DNA of 63,330 bases, filler included, from Circinaria calcarea (taxonomy: Eukaryota), in NCBI GenBank assembly GCA_051942165.1. It is 26 parts of 26 records of this genome, joined end to end, with 100 filler letters (N's around TTAATTAATTAA, not from the genome) between each part and the next. Parts side by side here need not be neighbours in the genome. Positions count along the whole stretch, not along the records: positions 58,576 to 60,903 come from JAVECS010003647.1; positions 61,004 to 63,330 come from JAVECS010003648.1; 24 more parts are not named here. One strand, written 5' to 3'. Of this stretch, positions 60,257 to 63,330 are shown one piece after another. Position 1 is the first letter of the stretch, and the number at the start of each line of letters is the position of its first letter. The notes under the pieces are model-generated. The model was not told the DNA's origin. It worked only from the letters and a program-made list of their open reading frames with translations, and made no database searches. The position numbers and the translations under genes were made by a program.

Positions 60257-63200
60257 ATTATCTAGGTGCGGTATCGCCGCGCTCGAAGACTATATATGAA
60301 ATCGGGTACGGTCCTATCCGAAGGTTTTTCAATTCAACTAGAATTACCCCCTGGGGGGGCCCTCATTCCACCTCAACACTCCAAGTAGGAGATTATCAAT
60401 CTTCAGCGTGGTTTTTTCTCCCTTGTAAAAACTGCAACAGGTCGAAACCGCCCCCTCCAAGGTATACAAGAAAAAGGGGGGGGGGTGACCGCCGAGAAAA
60501 TGCCTACGCTTAATACATTGCCTGTTTTTTTACCAGAGTTTTTCCGAGTCATTTTACTAAGAATACACGGGGTAGCCAGTGAATAGATTTATTATCCTTG
60601 CCGACCCCATGTATAGAAGCTCCTAATAGATATCAGTCACGTCTATCCTAGGGGGTGAAAGCAGAACAGGCTGAGTCCTCCTCTTCCAAAAAATCAATCT
60701 CATAATGTGCAGTACCCCCACGCCTATCTTAACACCGTAGGAGGTCTAGATAAAATCCCTATCTAAATGTAAAGTATAATGATAATATCAACACGACACC
60801 CTCCCCCCTCCCCTATCACCTCCTTTTTATTTTTTTACCCTTTCTTTTTTTTCTTTGGGGAAAGAAAATCATATCATCCCTTGTCTCTTCCCTTGAATTA
60901 CCANNNNNNNNNNNNNNNNNNNNNNNNNNNNNNNNNNNNNNNNNNNNTTAATTAATTAANNNNNNNNNNNNNNNNNNNNNNNNNNNNNNNNNNNNNNNNN
61001 NNNGGGGGGAGGGGGGCAATGATCACCCGAGGATATTCGGGCCAAAAATCTTAAAAGGAAGAGAAGGAGGAGATGTATTGTAAGAGATTTGGACAGAAAA
61101 GGGCATTTATCTTCAAAGGAAAAGGGTTGAAGATAGAATGTGAGGGCGCAAAAAAGACGGACATCCAGTGACAAGGGTGAAGCGCCCGAATTGGATTCCA
61201 AATTCAGAGCTCGTACATTTGGGAAATAGGGGGCGCTTTGGAGTTCCTGTCGACTATCAAGATCTGTGACGTTTCTACACTGCGATGCTTGGGTAGATAT
61301 CATTCCGGGAAGGTGGGGTTGCTTTGAAAAGGGTGTACCGCGGCCCCGGGGTGTAGTGCAGAGAACATAGCTGACGTACGGTAGAGGAAAGGGGAGTCAT
61401 ACTTTAAGCTAGATAAGGTGAGGTTTGGGTTTTGATAAAAAAAAATTCTCGCGCTACAAGAATAGCAAGTAGAAGTTACTTTTCGATGGGCAATCTGGGA
61501 GGATAAGGGGGGGTTTTTTTAAGGGAGCTTTGGTTGAGGATTTCACGGACCGGTTGGGGTCGGTGATGATGGTGGGAGGGCGGGTTCCGGAGGGCGTATA
61601 GGACTAGGATTGTGATTCTAGCTTTGGGGGTGGAGTAGGTTAGGATAGATGGGAAGGATGAGATAATTGCTGTTGAAAGTCGAGTTTCGAATTGCCTCCC
61701 CCCGCCCCATGCTGGAACCGTGATTTTTACTTGCGTTGCAATACTAGTCCAAAGGGCAAATTGGCTGACTTTATGTCGCACTACTCAAGAAAACGCTCTG
61801 ATGATTGCTTTTTCACACTTGGCTTCAATGTATTAGGCAACAGTGTCCAGGTTTTATTGGAAGATCCGTCTAGATTAAGATTTAGTTGATACGTGAGATC
61901 GAAGTTAGTTGGAAGATAATGGGCCTGGAGAATCATGTTGCGAGTAATGGACAAGTGCGTCCTGCTAGGGTGGTGGTTTTGAGTCTTTTTGGGTTGGGAA
62001 CGGGCGGATGATTATGGTTCAGGAGAGGACAGGGGAGGGCGGGGGAATGGGTGTAAAGATAAAGTAATCTGTATTCCCGGGGATCTTCTCAAACTTAAAG
62101 ATCGTGATTAGAGGGTGAAAGGGATTGTAAGCATGGAGGAAATAATATGAGAGGACCTTAATGCACGAACAATGTGCATATTGTAACTTTTCATAACTGA
62201 TAATTCAGTTGATATGAAAATTTCCTATATGGTCCAAACGTTATACTCGCTGGTTATGCTTGAACGACGGGGTCAACCTTTGGGAACAGGCCGGAACCAG
62301 AAATAGATCCGTTACATTTCCTTGTTTGGGGTCATAGTCGATGTCCATCTCTCCGCCGCGATATTCGCTGATCAATACTCTCCCAGCCCTGAATCTTGGC
62401 TGTTGTTCTCTATACCATCCCTTCCGAACTGGTTCTATTGTCGATCTCGGCCAAGGTACCAGTTGATATAGAGGACGATGAAACCGACAAATCACGGATG
62501 ACAATCCATAGGGCTAGTACTCCGTAACTCAAAAAAGGCTGAGGGGTTGGCAGGATGGACAAGGTCGGAATCGTTTAGGAGACGAAGGAGTAGAAAAGAT
62601 GGAGACTAGCATTTTGCTGAAACAGAAATCCATGAGATCCTTCAAATCCAGCGAATGAGCCCAAACGTGGTAGTGGAAAAACAATGATGTGGCAGGGGTT
62701 TGCAAGCAGGATCCAAGGGGTCTGAACCGCCAACGGCAGCGGGGGAGAATGAGGCACAGCGAAGGAAGGTCGAACGCGCAACATCAGTATCGTTATCAAT
62801 AATCACTCACCTTACCACTAAGTAAAACGTGAACAGCACGTGGTCATTAGGGATCGGGATCCTTCTTCGAATCCTTCATCCTCCATTGTCTCAGCCCCAC
62901 CCGCACTCCACTCTGCACTCCATACAGGATCCTTTAACTCGGAGCCTTGTGGCCTCACTGAAGCACAGCCCCCTAAAAGTCATTCGTTCATCAATCGGCA
63001 AGACGATATCTACATTCCACCCACAACCCGCAAACAACCCTCCCAACTTACCCCAGTAACCCTCCTAAGTAACGCACCGCGCAAAAACTCCCTCTTTGAG
63101 TAACCGTTTGCGTTTCCCACAGCCTTGTTGAACTAGGGCTTACGGCCAACCATTCCAGTCCGTGTCCGCATGGAAATACCGGGTCAAGTATCTTCATGCG

Positions 63201-63330
63201 GTGCTACGGCCGCGCCAAAGGGGTGCACAGGGAAAATCCCGGCCTTGCCCGTTGGCCGAAATTGGCCGGATCAAAAAGATAGAGAAGCGGTCGGGAAGAA
63301 AGTCCAAGTTGTGCGAGGGGGCTGGGAGGC

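Noticed and set aside
2353..61003. Regularly spaced TTAATTAATTAA repeat suggesting a CRISPR-like or periodic array
   Set aside because: It is always embedded in N44 padding and separates length-sorted contigs, so it is a synthetic six-frame-stop linker.

Overview
This is not one locus. It is 26 short contigs (2352 down to 2327 bp, sorted by decreasing length) from a filamentous ascomycete (Pezizomycotina) genome. They are joined by 25 identical artificial 100-bp linkers (N44-TTAATTAATTAA-N44), so gene neighbourhood is meaningful only inside a contig. GT-AG introns with CTRAC-type branch points are common, and most genes are cut at contig ends. Housekeeping genes: ENV7 kinase, CLIP-170 C-terminus, acyl-CoA synthetase, a mitochondrial carrier, UTP10, ARC1, URA7, HEL2, SAM synthetase, a sirtuin, RPB6, TFIIIA, EMC3, SPC2, a Nif1-like Sel1 protein and a WrbA-like protein. 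Accessory or secondary-metabolism genes: MBOAT acyltransferase, P450, MFS transporter, O-methyltransferase, a stand-alone EgtD/EasF-family methyltransferase and an Mx-like dynamin. Three pseudogenes: a Cdc25-like arsenate reductase, a HET-domain gene and a FAD-linked oxidase. Most noteworthy: (1) a Kex2/Ste13-processed precursor of two FCYRPGQPC peptides resembling alpha-type pheromones; (2) an intronless protein with an internal repeat at 425-aa spacing and a Ulp1-like domain lacking the catalytic Cys; (3) a stand-alone aromatic-amino-acid N-methyltransferase with altered specificity residues; (4) head-to-head RPB6-TFIIIA and EMC3-SPC2 pairs; (5) RIP-like gene decay. No multi-gene novel system can be supported because of the concatenation. 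All family calls are from motif recognition, not database searches.
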